DNA from: an uncultured delta proteobacterium
GTDB lineage: Bacteria; Myxococcota; Myxococcia; Myxococcales; Myxococcaceae
Direction of reading: 5' to 3'
DNA length: 64,000 bases
Assembly (NCBI GenBank): GCA_963713045.1
Contig: CAVQKE010000003.1
Location: 32,001 to 96,000, forward strand
Made by a program: the position numbers and the translations under genes. The notes under the pieces are model-generated. The model made no database searches, was not told where the DNA came from, and worked only from the letters and a program-made list of their open reading frames with translations. Positions 10,110 through 23,990 of this stretch are shown here, in pieces; positions within the stretch are counted from its first letter, which is position 1; every line of letters starts with the position of its first letter.

Positions 10110-12815
10110 ATGATTCTTATCCCCAAACAATCCTCATGCCATTCGCCATGTTCCGCAACGAACGCGCTTTCGCACATTGTCCTGGCGGCCATTACCCTCT
10201 CCGGGCTCATCTTGACCGCCGCTTCAAAGCCGACCGAAGTCACGTCGAAAGCCACACTGGACAACGGTCTTCGCGTGGTCGTCGTACGAAGCCCCTTGGC
10301 CCCTGTAGTGAGTACGGTTATGAACTACCAAGTTGGATCGAATGAAGCGCCAGAAGGCTTCCCGGGCATGGCGCACGCTCTCGAGCATATGATGTTCCGC
10401 GGCAGTTCGAGCCTGTCCGCGGATCAATTGGCCAACATCGCCGCCGCAATGGGCGGCGACTTCAATGCCGAGACACAGCAGTCCGTTACGCAATTTGTTT
10501 TCACCGTACCGAAGCAGGATTTGGACTTGGTGCTCCATATCGAATCCTTGCGAATGCGCGATGTACTCGCCACGGACGCCCTTTGGGATCGTGAGCGAGG
10601 CGCCATTAAGCAGGAGGTGGCTGGCGATCTGTCAAATCCTGAGTACGTTTTGAATAAACAGCTTCTATCCATCATGTTTCGCGGAACTCCTTACGAGCAT
10701 GATGCCTTGGGCACCCAGACTTCTTTCGATGCAACGACGGGAGCCATGCTCAAGAGATTTCACGAGAGATGGTACGCGCCGAACAACGCGATCCTCGTAA
10801 TTGCCGGTGATGTCGATCCCGTCGCGACGATCGCTGAGGTGAAAAATCTGTTCGGCGCGATTCCTGCTAAGACCCTCCCGTCGCGCGCCGAGGTCAAACT
10901 GCAACCGGTAAAGCCCGGGACTCTTCGCCTCACTACGGATTCATCCTCTGGACTGCTAGTCTTTGCGTTTCGCTGGCCAGGTTTCCAAGGTCCCGACTTC
11001 GCTGCGGCACAAGTTTTGGCCGACATACTCGACAGCCCGCGCGGCAGCCTCCACGAACTCGTAGCGCAAGGCGCCGCCTTGGGTGCGCGTTTCTCTTTCG
11101 ACTGCCTTCCGCGAGCAAGCATTGGCTACGCGCTGGCTGCATTTCCAGCCGGCGATGACGGAACGGTGCTCCTCAAGCAGGTCCGGGGCCTCCTTCACGA
11201 GATCGCGCAGAACGGCGTCCCAGCGGACTTGGTGAAAGCTGCAAAGCGGCGCGAAGTAGCCAGCGAAGAGTTCCAAAAGAATTCCGTATCCGATCTAGCA
11301 AGGCTTTGGTCTCAAGCGTTGGCGGTGGAAGGGCGAGAGTCTCCGGACGAGGACACCGATGCCATCCAGAGGGTCACTCCCAATGACGTACGCGCCCTGG
11401 CACACCGCCTTCTCAACCAAAAGCAATCCATCTCCGCCATTCTGACACCGCAATCATCGGGGACGCCGACCTCGTCGGCCTCATTCAATCGAGCTGAATC
11501 GTTTGTTGCCACGGAGGACGCTCGCGTAACGCTTCCGGCATGGGCTGGAAAATTAAATCAGCTCTCGATTCCTGCGTCCAGCGTGCATCCGGAAGTCACA
11601 ACGCTATCGAACGGATTGAAGCTGATTGTGCAACCGGAGACTGTCAGCGGCACGGTAAGCGTTTTCGGCCATATCCAAAATAATTCAGGATTGGAAAGCT
11701 CCAGCGGAAAAGAAGGTGTCAACCAGGTGCTGGATGAGATGCTCTCATGTGGCACTGAATCTTTGAACCGAGTCGCCTTTCAAAAGGCGCTGGACAAAAT
11801 CGGCGCCGACGAGACTGCCGGGACGGATTTTTCACTCGAAGTACTGGCCGACGACTTCGATCATGGTGTCGCGCTTCTTGCCGACAATGAATTGCATCCG
11901 GCTCTGCATGCGAGCGCGTTCAAAATCATCCGGCGCCAGATTGCCGAAAGCGCAAAGGGTGAAGTTGCCAGTCCGGCCTACCTTTCACAACACGCCCTGA
12001 AATCGGCGCTCCTGCCAAAGAACGATCCCGATTTGAAGCACGCTACTTTCGAAAGCATTTCCTCCCTTTCGATTGGGGATGTCCGCAATTACTACCAGCG
12101 CGTGTTTCGGCCCGACCTAACTACGATCGTCGTTATCGGCAACGTCACTCCGGAAAGAGCACATACGGTGATCGAGCATTACTTCGGAGCCTGGAAGGCT
12201 CATGGACCAAAACCAAATACGATTCTGCCATCGGTGCCGGCCAACAAGGCATCGAATTTGCATGTGCCAAACGCAAGCAAGGTACAAGCCGAAGTCACTC
12301 TCGCGGAAACGGTGCCAGTGACCAGGTCCAATCCGGACTACTACGCCCTGAATCTCGGCAGCTACGTTTTGGATGGCGGCTTCTACGCCAGCCGGCTGTC
12401 TCGCGACCTCCGCGAGAACACAGGATTGGTTTATTCTGTTTCCTCGGCGCTCGAAGCAAGCTCAACTAGGACCGTGTACACCATCAGTTATGGTTGTGAT
12501 CCTCACAACGTCTCGAGAGCGCGAGCGATTGTCCAGCGCGATTTGAAGCAGATGCAGACGACTAGAATACCGGAAGATACGCTGAACCAGGCCAAGGCCT
12601 TGCTGCTCCAACAGATCCCCCTCTCAGAGTCAAGTGTGCATAGCATCGCGGATGGTTTGATCTCGCGCACGGCGAACGAACTTCCGTTGATCGAACCGTC
12701 CGAGGCGGCACGTGAATACCTTCGGCTCACACCGCTGCAGGTTCAATCTGCATTTGCCAAGTGGATTCGTCCCGAAGACTTAGTCCAAGTAACCGAGGGC
12801 CCAAGTGCAAAATAG
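10110..12815 (+). CDS. M16 family zinc peptidase (two-lobed, PqqL/insulinase-like), probably exported
   Basis: TLDNGLRVVVV, GSNEAPEGFPGMAHALEHMMFRGS (HxxEH) and ERWYAPNNAILVIAGD. The second lobe starts TLSNGLKLIV. N-terminal hydrophobic segment. Start approximate (ORF runs from 10008). Confidence 0.93.
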   Translation: MILIPKQSSCHSPCSATNALSHIVLAAITLSGLILTAASKPTEVTSKATLDNGLRVVVVRSPLAPVVSTVMNYQVGSNEAPEGFPGMAHALEHMMFRGSSSLSADQLANIAAAMGGDFNAETQQSVTQFVFTVPKQDLDLVLHIESLRMRDVLATDALWDRERGAIKQEVAGDLSNPEYVLNKQLLSIMFRGTPYEHDALGTQTSFDATTGAMLKRFHERWYAPNNAILVIAGDVDPVATIAEVKNLFGAIPAKTLPSRAEVKLQPVKPGTLRLTTDSSSGLLVFAFRWPGFQGPDFAAAQVLADILDSPRGSLHELVAQGAALGARFSFDCLPRASIGYALAAFPAGDDGTVLLKQVRGLLHEIAQNGVPADLVKAAKRREVASEEFQKNSVSDLARLWSQALAVEGRESPDEDTDAIQRVTPNDVRALAHRLLNQKQSISAILTPQSSGTPTSSASFNRAESFVATEDARVTLPAWAGKLNQLSIPASSVHPEVTTLSNGLKLIVQPETVSGTVSVFGHIQNNSGLESSSGKEGVNQVLDEMLSCGTESLNRVAFQKALDKIGADETAGTDFSLEVLADDFDHGVALLADNELHPALHASAFKIIRRQIAESAKGEVASPAYLSQHALKSALLPKNDPDLKHATFESISSLSIGDVRNYYQRVFRPDLTTIVVIGNVTPERAHTVIEHYFGAWKAHGPKPNTILPSVPANKASNLHVPNASKVQAEVTLAETVPVTRSNPDYYALNLGSYVLDGGFYASRLSRDLRENTGLVYSVSSALEASSTRTVYTISYGCDPHNVSRARAIVQRDLKQMQTTRIPEDTLNQAKALLLQQIPLSESSVHSIADGLISRTANELPLIEPSEAAREYLRLTPLQVQSAFAKWIRPEDLVQVTEGPSAK

Positions 12816-13221
12816 ATCGCATCCCAACCAGATATAAGTCTCATATTAAACCTAAGCCCGCGATTCGCTCCGAGTGTGGATACTACGGTTCAGTAGTTTG
12901 TCTTCTCAAGCGACGTCATCTCCTCCCGCATCGTATGCCTGCCGAGCATTTTCGGCCCAGCTCACCCCACCGCGAAAAGGCGCCAAGGAAGTCCTCCAGG
13001 GCTGCGAGCGTGGAACGAAAACGCACCCAAATGATGATGATCACACGCGCGGTTGATCTGTTTACCTGATTCATACTCACTTTGCGAAGTTACTTTTTAT
13101 AACCACGCTCGCGATAGCAGCGGGCGAGAAATGACACTGGGCTAAGGGAATCAGGGCGGCTGGCGTAGTTTTAAAAGGAATCGCGGCGTAGAAATGCGAA
13201 TCGACATTCCACGGAAGCGTC

Positions 13222-14915
13222 ATGTCCTGGCTCGCGACATCTCTGCAAAACCACCCCGAGATTGCTCTATTTCTAGTGCTTGGGTTGGGCCATGGCGTTG
13301 CCCGACTTCGTATTGGGTCTTTCAAGCTGAATGCTGTCGTTTGTGTGCTTCTGGCTGGCGTGGCCTTGGCCAACTCGGCATTAAGCCGCCGCCGGCGCGT
13401 GCAGTGGTCTTTCTTTGTTCTGTTCCTCTTCGCAATAGGGTACAAGACCGGCCCACAGTTTTTCGAGGGACTAGGGCGCAGCGCGCTCCCACAGGTCGGG
13501 CTTTCTGTGTTCTTTTGCGCCGTTAGCCTCGTAAGCGCATATTTTCTTTCTAGGTTCTTCGGTTTCAACGCGGGAGGCGCAGCGGCCTCATTGCCGGCGG
13601 CCTCGGAGCTTCACCCGCGATGGGCACCGCCGACGATGCGATTGCAAAACTGAATGTCTCAGAAGCAGTCCGGCAGCAACTTGCTGCGAGCTCAGCCGTC
13701 GCCTTTGCCGTAACCTACCTCGTCGGCCTGATCACGACATCGTTACCCTGTCTAAAATTGACCCGTGGTTGATGCGCGTCGATTTGAAATCCGCCTGCCG
13801 CAAGCTGGAGGGTGAACTTGGGATGGAAAAGAAGGAGCCTGGCGTGTTTTCCGCTTACCAGCATTTCGTTGCCCGATCGTATTCGATACCCGAATCCTTT
13901 AACGGCAAGACCGCGGCGGCACTCGAACAAGCGTTCTCGCCAGGACGGGTATTCGTTGAACGGGTTGCCAATTCGCATGGTCCAACCGATGCCGGTCCGG
14001 AAACGGTACTGCACCGGGGCGACAAGGTGGCGATTACCGGGCGTAACGAAATACTCGCCTCTGCCGAGAATCCGCTCCTCATGTATGAAATCGACAACCC
14101 CGATCTTCTGGACATCCCTATCGTGACAGTCGACCACGTGCTGACGCGGCGCGATTTCGGCCACCGAACCCTGGCGCAAGTGGCCGAGACCTTAGAAAGT
14201 GAGGCGCCCACTCGCGGTGTCTTCGTAAGGAAGATTTCGCGTGGGGGAGCAAAAACTTCCTATCGGCGCTGGGCTGATTCTGGAACGAGGCGATACATTG
14301 CGAATTGGTTGGAGCCAAAAGACATGTCGAGCGCGTAGCGGCACGGTTAGGATCGACAGCGTGGCCATCGACTGCCACCGACATGGCTGTGCTCGGGCTT
14401 AGCGATCGCGATCGGCGGCTTGATCGGCTTACCTGCGCTTCGTTTTGCCGGCGTCGATATTGGACTAAGCGCGCCCGTCGGAGTACTGATCGGCGCACTC
14501 GTGGTGGGTTGGTTGCATGCGCGGCGGCCGAATCTTCGGCCGGGTGCCCGACGCTGCGTTGTCTCTGCTGAGTTCGCTTGGGCTCTGCGGCTTTCTGGCG
14601 CTGGTCGGGATCGCAGCGGGGCCGATGTTTGTCGTTGGTTTGCGAACGGCCGGGATTCCGCTGCTTGTCGCAGGCGTCTTGGTCTGCGCGATCCCGAACA
14701 TTGTTACGCCCCTAGTAGGCAGATATTTGTTCGGGATGCATCCTGGGATTGCGCTGGGAATTTGCGCCGGCGCCGGAACCTCACAATCCGGCCTCGCGGC
14801 GGTCCAGGAGGCTTCCGAAAGTGAGGTTGCCACACTCGGCTACGGCGTAAGCTATGCCATCGGCAACATACTCTTGGCACTATCGGGGACACTCATTGTC
14901 GCACTAATGACTTGA
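13222..14915 (+). CDS. Aspartate-alanine antiporter family (AspT/YidE/YbjL) transporter, several frameshifts
   Basis: HPEIALFLVLGLG...LFLFAIGYKTGPQFF, TrkA-C-like middle, and a C-terminal GICAGAGTSQSGLAAVQE...ATLGYGVSYAIGNILL spread over ORFs 13222, 13769, 14420 and 14517. Confidence 0.88.
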
Positions 14916-15062
14916 TCCCTTGGACCTCTCTACAACGCCGACCCGAGAGTGACGGAGAACGTCGGGAGGGACCGACCGCACCGCATAGCCGTCAACTGCC
15001 GAGTTGGCAATAGTCACCCCTTCTGGTTTCCTTCGCAGCTAATAAATCGATGATGGCAGCAT

Positions 15063-15215
15063 CTGCACCGGCTTTCACGCGACGCGTACGCCGGGATTTT
15101 CCTGGGGCGGATCAAGATGTGGAACGACCCCACTTGCCGCCAGGAAGCCACACCACCACCAGGCAAGAGCAACAAGCCAGAGCCGGTCGCTGATGACGAA
15201 GAACCGCCGTTTTGA
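15063..15215 (+). pseudogene. Chimeric relic: PstS-like fragment fused to an SSB-like acidic tail
   Basis: One frame reads LHRLSRDAYAGIFLGRIKMWNDP (PstS-like) then TPPPGKSNKPEPVADDEEPPF-stop. In-frame stop just upstream, no start before the PstS-like part. Confidence 0.45.
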
Positions 15216-15774
15216 GAATTGAAGAAGGACTCGTGAATGCACTCATCTACCCAATCTGAGACTCTGCGGTACAGGAATTATGACGACCCCCGGAAAGCCA
15301 GGGCAATCCGCGATCTGTTCCGCCGGTGGTGGCGCGCACACCCAGCATTCAATTGCAATTTAAAACGAGCTCATAGGCGGCAGGGCGGCTAGAAGTTCGT
15401 TAAGGTACAAAGTCCCGAGACCGATGCAAGCCGCGCTTAGACAACGCCGGCCGAAAAAGGGCGCCCATGTTTTTGCACTTGGTGAGTGCGCGGATGAGGC
15501 TACCTTTCCGGAGCGCCCGGCGATTTGATGCGCCAGGCCACTTCTCAGTGGAAAAAACAAACCTCATGGAAGCTATAGCTTACTGAGTGCGGCCTAGCCG
15601 TCGTGCGCAGCGTTTCTGTGACAGTCCCGCTTTGCCTTGAGGCCACACCGAACGAAAACAGGTGCTCGATAGTACTCGTTGCCCTTGCCCAGGTATCAGA
15701 CCCGAGGGCAATTTACTCGGGCGCCCATTTGATGCGCTACGACTTGTCAGGTGAAAGAAACAAACTGCATGGAA

Positions 15775-16029
15775 TCAAGACCTTACCGTACGACGCCGCA
15801 GAGACTGACATCGGTGTGCTGATCGGTGATCCTCCAGCGCGATTCTGGACTGATCACATTCGATGCGGCGTTGCTCGGTTTCGATAAAGGCCTGATCAGA
15901 TGTTGATTCTTGTTGCTCCCTCAGGGCGCTGACGGCGTTCTGAAAAGCTTCCACCGCGATCCGGTAGTCATTCGCCAAGCGCTGGCGCTTCGGACAAATC
16001 ACGGCAATATCATAGACCTGGCCCGTCAC
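15775..16029 (-). CDS. Small helical protein with N-terminal Cys and a C-terminal H-x3-H-x-C motif
   Basis: VICPKRQRLANDYRIAVEAFQNAVSAL...EQRRIECDQSRIALEDHRSAHRC; 9 bp downstream of the metallothionein-like gene. Confidence 0.55.
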   Translation of the reverse strand: MTGQVYDIAVICPKRQRLANDYRIAVEAFQNAVSALREQQESTSDQAFIETEQRRIECDQSRIALEDHRSAHRCQSLRRRTVRS

Positions 16030-16038
16030 GCTTCAGCG

Positions 16039-16242
16039 TTACAAATGTTCCGTGGCCATGCCGAGTGGATAATGCGCCGCGGCGGGCCGCTGCTCGCTCA
16101 TGGCGCAACCGGCGTGGCGACAGTTGCAGGAAAGCTCGATGGTGTCTTTTGCATCTTCACAATATTGGCTGCAGTATTTTGTGCCCTTGGCAACCCGGCA
16201 ATCGCATGCTGGATGTTCACATTTCACTGTCTCTTCGCGCAT
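16039..16242 (-). CDS. Prokaryotic metallothionein-like protein
   Basis: GGAGG RBS; KCEHPACDCRV...KYCSQYC...SCNCRHAGC is an SmtA/BmtA-like Cys/His pattern. Confidence 0.78.
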   Translation of the reverse strand: MREETVKCEHPACDCRVAKGTKYCSQYCEDAKDTIELSCNCRHAGCAMSEQRPAAAHYPLGMATEHL

Positions 16243-17114
16243 AGGGAATTCCTCCATCAATGCAGACTCGCATCTTGCGTTCCAGGCTCACCGAATCTCC
16301 AGAACTTCCACTGGTGTTTTGCTTGCCGACTATCCAGCGGCGTTCGACGAAAGCCACGGCCATCCCGCCCGCGCTGCATTGGCAGTGGACGAACCGTCAA
16401 GCAGATACTGAAAGTTCACGGTGTATGCCTTGCCAGCCCAGTGTACGTAAGCCAAGCCCAACGCAACCGCGCCGGTTTCGTATTCTACGGGTTGCACCTG
16501 CTGGCTACGTGATCATCACTGCTGGAAATTCCTTCTCGATGGCCACCACGGGTTTCAACAGCAATGTCGTCACGTGGGTCTAAGCATACCGCCAGCGGCG
16601 CGACCGAACAAAATTTCCTGATTCGGCAAACTAACCTTGAAGCTACAGCCTGGCCAAGCCGTTTGGCTGGGGGCGCGTTCAGTCTTGTTGCGCGATTGGA
16701 GGGATAGTCTTTTCGTGACATGCATGTATGCGAGACATACCTGCCAAGAAACGTCCGGAGAATAGCTGTGCTGTTGGGAAACGGAATGGTTCTCAGGAGC
16801 CCTGGAAGCCGAGCGGTCGGGTTTATCGAGTCAGGCAGCATCGAGCGCAGACGGCCTACATGGTTTGACGGTTCGTGACCAGAACGGTGCGATCATCGAG
16901 GAGCTTTCCGGTAATCGGATTCGGAGCTGGGGAGACGTCGACCGGCTTTTTAGCTCGGAGTTTAGATGGCGCGGAACCCAATAGCGCGGCGATTCGGCCT
17001 TGATGAGGTAGGCACGGACAGGCCGCCCCGGGGGCGCGCCGCCGCTAAGCCGCTCATAGCGTGGCGTTGTTCTTGCCAGATGCAAGTCTAAGAAGATGGG
17101 GCTTAGGAAGTGCG

Positions 17115-17163
17115 CTGGCCACGAACCAGGAGGCCGCACGTTCGAGTCGTGCCGGGCGCACCA
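17115..17163 (+). other. 3' half of tRNA-Arg(ACG), att-site-like scar
   Basis: CTGG-CCACGAA-CCAG anticodon arm, AGGCC variable region, GCACG-TTCGAGT-CGTGC T arm and CGGGCGC-A-CCA acceptor 3' strand. No GCGCCCG 5' strand or D arm upstream. Confidence 0.8.
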
Positions 17164-17553
17164 TAAGCCCAAAGCAGCAAACATTTACCGAGCTCCATCG
17201 GGGAGTTGGGAGAGCGACTTGACCTTCTGGCCTCTACTCAGACGATCAGGCCTATGGCGACGTTCAAGCCTGCTGATTCGCGATATTTTTATCGATTTAG
17301 CCACCAAGTCGTGGAGTCCGGCGGCGTACAAGCCGACCGACACGGTGATGGCTACCCAGGCTGAACTGGTGGAGATTCTGCAGGTCGGTCTGCCTCACCG
17401 CAGGCGGCACTAAGAACGATACGTGCCGCTACTATGCTCCTCTGTTCCGAACCGTAATGCGTACGGCGAGGCCAGTACGTAGAATTCGTGATGTTCTGTC
17501 CTGTCGCAGTGGATGACCTTTGACAGGTTATTCTCCAGGGTTTATCGGTGCAA

Positions 17554-17660
17554 TTCCTCGAGACTAACTTGGGTTGAACAAACTTAGGCATTAAGGCCTG
17601 TACCAAAGTGGCGGGCCGTTTCCCCGAGACCAGCTTGGATTTGAACAACTTAGCATTAGG
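17554..17660. repeat. Imperfect direct repeat of about 42 bp, two copies
   Basis: TTCCTCGAGACTAACTTGGGTTGAACAAACTTAGGCATTAAGG (17554-17596) versus TTCCCCGAGACCAGCTTGGATTTGAACAACTTAGCATTAGG (17620-17660). Confidence 0.75.
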
Positions 17661-17697
17661 AACGAGAATTGCTTTCCAGTTCGTGGAGGAAGAATAT

Positions 17698-17937
17698 ATG
17701 AAGAAAGTTGTTATCGGTTTGTTACTAATGAGTTGTTTGGGGATGGCTGCCACTAAACATCCTGAAGGCGCAGTACGACCTCAGAAGCGCATGGCTTGGT
17801 GGACCCAGCTTGCCCTAAGTACGCAATCGCCGCGGGTCAAATTGTCGAAGCAAAGCCACTATCAGACGCCAGAGCCAGGCTATCGCATTGTGAGCAGCAA
17901 GGACACCATCAACGCCTATGTTCCCTACGGAAAGTAG
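17698..17937 (+). CDS. Small secreted hypothetical protein
   Basis: GGAGGA RBS; MKKVVIGLLLMSCLGMAA signal peptide; followed by a strong hairpin. Confidence 0.6.
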   Translation: MKKVVIGLLLMSCLGMAATKHPEGAVRPQKRMAWWTQLALSTQSPRVKLSKQSHYQTPEPGYRIVSSKDTINAYVPYGK

Positions 17938-17950
17938 GCTTGTCCCAACG

Positions 17951-17985
17951 CGGCAGCCCTGGCGCCGAACCACCCAGGGCTGCCG
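17951..17985 (+). terminator. GC-rich hairpin after the small gene (no U tract)
   Basis: CGGCAGCCCTGG ... CCAGGGCTGCCG 12-bp stem. Confidence 0.45.
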
Positions 17986-18668
17986 ACTCCTCGCGCGTTA
18001 GCATAAATGACTCTGATGCGAAAGCCGAAGAAATTCGATCAGAAAAACCGGAGTGCGACGGCTGGCGCGAGCACGTGGTATTTCAGAACCCGTTCTGATG
18101 GATTTCTCTACCTGTTCAAAGCTACCTTTCTTCAATTCCAAGTTGGACGACTTTTCTACAACCGACACCTTGAACTAGCCCCGGACTCCCGTGCTGGAAA
18201 ACCGACGTGGCAGCGAACTCCGACGATCTCAACCACGCGGCTCCTAGAGATTGCAAAGGGTGGGGCAGAATAGCGAGAGCTAACGCGCGGTATTTTTAAC
18301 CTACTGCCCCCGACTACTTTCTCCGCTTCGACCAGTGTGCCTTCATCCTTCGGGATCCCGCTTCCTCGCAGCCGGGGGACATTGCATTTCGTTTGTGATT
18401 CGCCTCTTCGCACGCCGGCCCGGCTTCGCACTTGGCCCTCACAGCTGAGGCAGCCGGTCACCGCGAAAAGGCGCTGGCGTTTGCTCGACGCGTCCTGGCG
18501 CCTCAAATATTACACACCTTCGGGTAGCTTCCAGCTTCGTTCAGACCACAGCCTAGCCAAACATTTTCTCTGCCTTCTCGTGTGAGGGCGGCATCTAGAA
18601 AAATAAGCGCTAATCCTTTCGTCTTGTACCAACGTTCTTAGCCCGACACCCGTGGAGGAGGTAGTCGC

Positions 18669-21600
<2,932 letters not shown>

Positions 21601-21606
21601 TCGCTC

Positions 21607-22799
21607 ATGCAAGACTATGCCTTAGTATTGAACGCTGGTTCATCCAGCCTGAAGTTCGGAGTTTGCTGGAGACCTGAGGCGGAAGATTGGCGTTTGGAAT
21701 CACAGGGCCAGATCGAAGGTATCGGGACTTCACCGCGAATTTCCGCAAAGGATGCAGCGGGACGAATCCTAATCGATCAGAAGCTCGAAAAGGTGGATGA
21801 CGGCCTCGATGCACTCGAGGCAGTTGCTAAGTGGTTCAGAACCAAATACCGCGAGGCGAAAGTAGTTGGCGTCGGGCACCGAGTCGTGCATGGCGGCGCG
21901 CAGTATACTGGCCCAACAGTCGTGACACCGCAGGTCCTTGCGCAACTCTATCGTCTGGTGCCGTTGCCCCATTGCATCAGCCGTACAATTTGGCAGCGAT
22001 TGAAGCGGTCTCCGAACGATTCCCCGATGTGCCGCAAATTGCCTGTTTCGACACAAGTTTTCACCAGAGCCAATCACGAGTTGCGAAATTGATCCCGCTG
22101 CCACGAGAAATCTGCGGCTCCGTAGTGCAGCGATACGGTTTTCATGGCTTATCGTACGAATATGTCGCATCTGTGCTGCCGCGCGTGGCGCCTGAGATCG
22201 CCGGCGGGCGCATCATCGTCGCCCATCTTGGAAGCGGCGCCAGCGTCTGCGCCTTGAAGGATGGAAAGAGCATCGATAGCAGTCTTGGGTTCACCGCGCT
22301 AGAAGGGCTCTGCATGGGCACGAGACCAGGAACGTTGGATCCCGGCGTAGTTCTATACCTCTTCCAAAACTTGAGACTCTCCGTCAAGGAAGTGGAAACG
22401 ATCCTCTACCAAAAGTCTGGCTTGCTCGGTATTTCTGGTATCAGCAGCGACATGCGCGATCTTCTCCACAGTCGCGCGCCGAGGGCAAGGTTGGCGGTGG
22501 ACTATTTTGTATATCGCGCCGTCAAAGAAATTGGCGCCCTCGCAGCGGTGTTGGGCGGCCTGGACGGACTAGTATTCACGGCCGGCATCGGAGAGTACTC
22601 CACTGAAATCCGCCAGCGAATCTGCGAGTCTTGCGCCTGGCTTGGCTTCGAACTCGACGCAGAGGCCAATGCCCGCAATGGTCCCCGGATCTCAGACCCC
22701 TCCAGTAAGGTGTCCGTATGGGTGATTCCGACCAATGAGGAACTGATGATTGCAAGAAAAATGGGAATGCTGCTTGGATTGGTTGCAGCCAAATCATAG
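21607..22799 (+). CDS. ackA: Acetate/propionate kinase (frameshift near 21965)
   Basis: [70 protein letters not shown]. Confidence 0.93.
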
Positions 22800-22874
22800 C
22801 ATCGATCGGAACGTTGAAGGGTTACAAACCCTGAGCGCCCCCGCGAGCAGAAATGCCCCTGTTTCCGAGGAAAT

Positions 22875-23687
22875 GTGCACCCCACCGAGCCTCCTCTTCT
22901 AGTGTTCGCCGTCTCATTCCTGCTGCTGTGGGTGTCCGAGCGGGTAGGCTCCAAACTCAGAAATCGAATTGAGGAGGTTCACGAGGACTTTGGTGTCATC
23001 TTGACGGCGACACTCACGTTATTGGGCCTAATTGTGGGTTTTGCCTTCTCGATGGCGGTAAGCCGCTACGATCAGAGAAAGCTGTACGAAGCGGAGGAGG
23101 CCAATGCAATTGGTACTGAATACCTTCGATTGGACTTGCTCCCAGCTTCAGACGACGAAAAGTTGAGGCTTCTGCTCCGGGAATATCTTGACCAACGAAT
23201 CCTGTTTTACCAAACACGGAATCGAGAGCGGCTTCAACGCATCGATGACGCGACTGCTCAACTGCAGAGCAAACTCTGGGCAAGTATAAGGACTCCTTCC
23301 TTAGCGCACCAGACAGTGATGACTTCGCTCGCAGTTTCAGGACTGAACAATGTTTTGGATTCGCAAGGGTATACAAAGGCTGCGTGGCGGAATCGGATTC
23401 CACTGGCGGCGTGGGCACTTATGGGAGTGATAGCTATCTCGGGGAATCTTATGGTAGGCCTGTATCTCCGGCACCTCGGGTCACAGCGAAGGTTGCTCAT
23501 GGTGCTACCTGCGATTGTTTCGCTGTCGTTCCTTTTGATCGCAGACATTGATTCTCCGCGCGGCGGATTGATTCATGTTAAGCCAGAGAACCTGATAGGC
23601 GTCGCGGAATCATTGCACTCCGGCGCTTACCATGGAGAAATGCCCGTTCGTCAAGACGATGGAACAGGGCGCGCGGAGAAAAAATAA
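22875..23687 (+). CDS. Bestrophin-like/DUF4239 membrane protein
   Basis: Four hydrophobic segments; LTLLGLIVGFAFSMAVSRYDQRK...EEANAIGTEYLR and LIADIDSPRGGLIHV. Confidence 0.8.
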   Translation: MHPTEPPLLVFAVSFLLLWVSERVGSKLRNRIEEVHEDFGVILTATLTLLGLIVGFAFSMAVSRYDQRKLYEAEEANAIGTEYLRLDLLPASDDEKLRLLLREYLDQRILFYQTRNRERLQRIDDATAQLQSKLWASIRTPSLAHQTVMTSLAVSGLNNVLDSQGYTKAAWRNRIPLAAWALMGVIAISGNLMVGLYLRHLGSQRRLLMVLPAIVSLSFLLIADIDSPRGGLIHVKPENLIGVAESLHSGAYHGEMPVRQDDGTGRAEKK

Positions 23688-23990
23688 TTCGTGGCGGTCC
23701 CCTGACCTTCAGGGCTGCAAGCGCGCTCATGCCCATGAGCGCAAACGAAAAGGCTTCTGATCTTTCCCCTGTCTTTCAGACGGCCAACAAGCCGCTGTTT
23801 TCGGCCTGTCAATTAGTCGCCATGCAGTCCGTTAAGGGCACACGAGCAGCGGTCGGGCGGCCGCCGCATCCATTCGACGTGCGAAGTCGCCGCACTGTGA
23901 TCTAAACTGTCGAAGCGGTGTAGGATAGCCGGTTAGCTAAGCTAAACGGCGACATACAGTTTCGACGAAGCGCCACGGAGGCTCCATTCC

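Noticed and set aside
17090..17163. Complete functional tRNA-Arg gene
   Set aside because: The acceptor 5' strand and D arm are absent.
17554..17660. CRISPR array
   Set aside because: Only two imperfect copies with a short gap, and no cas genes. No repeat-spacer array was seen anywhere in the window.
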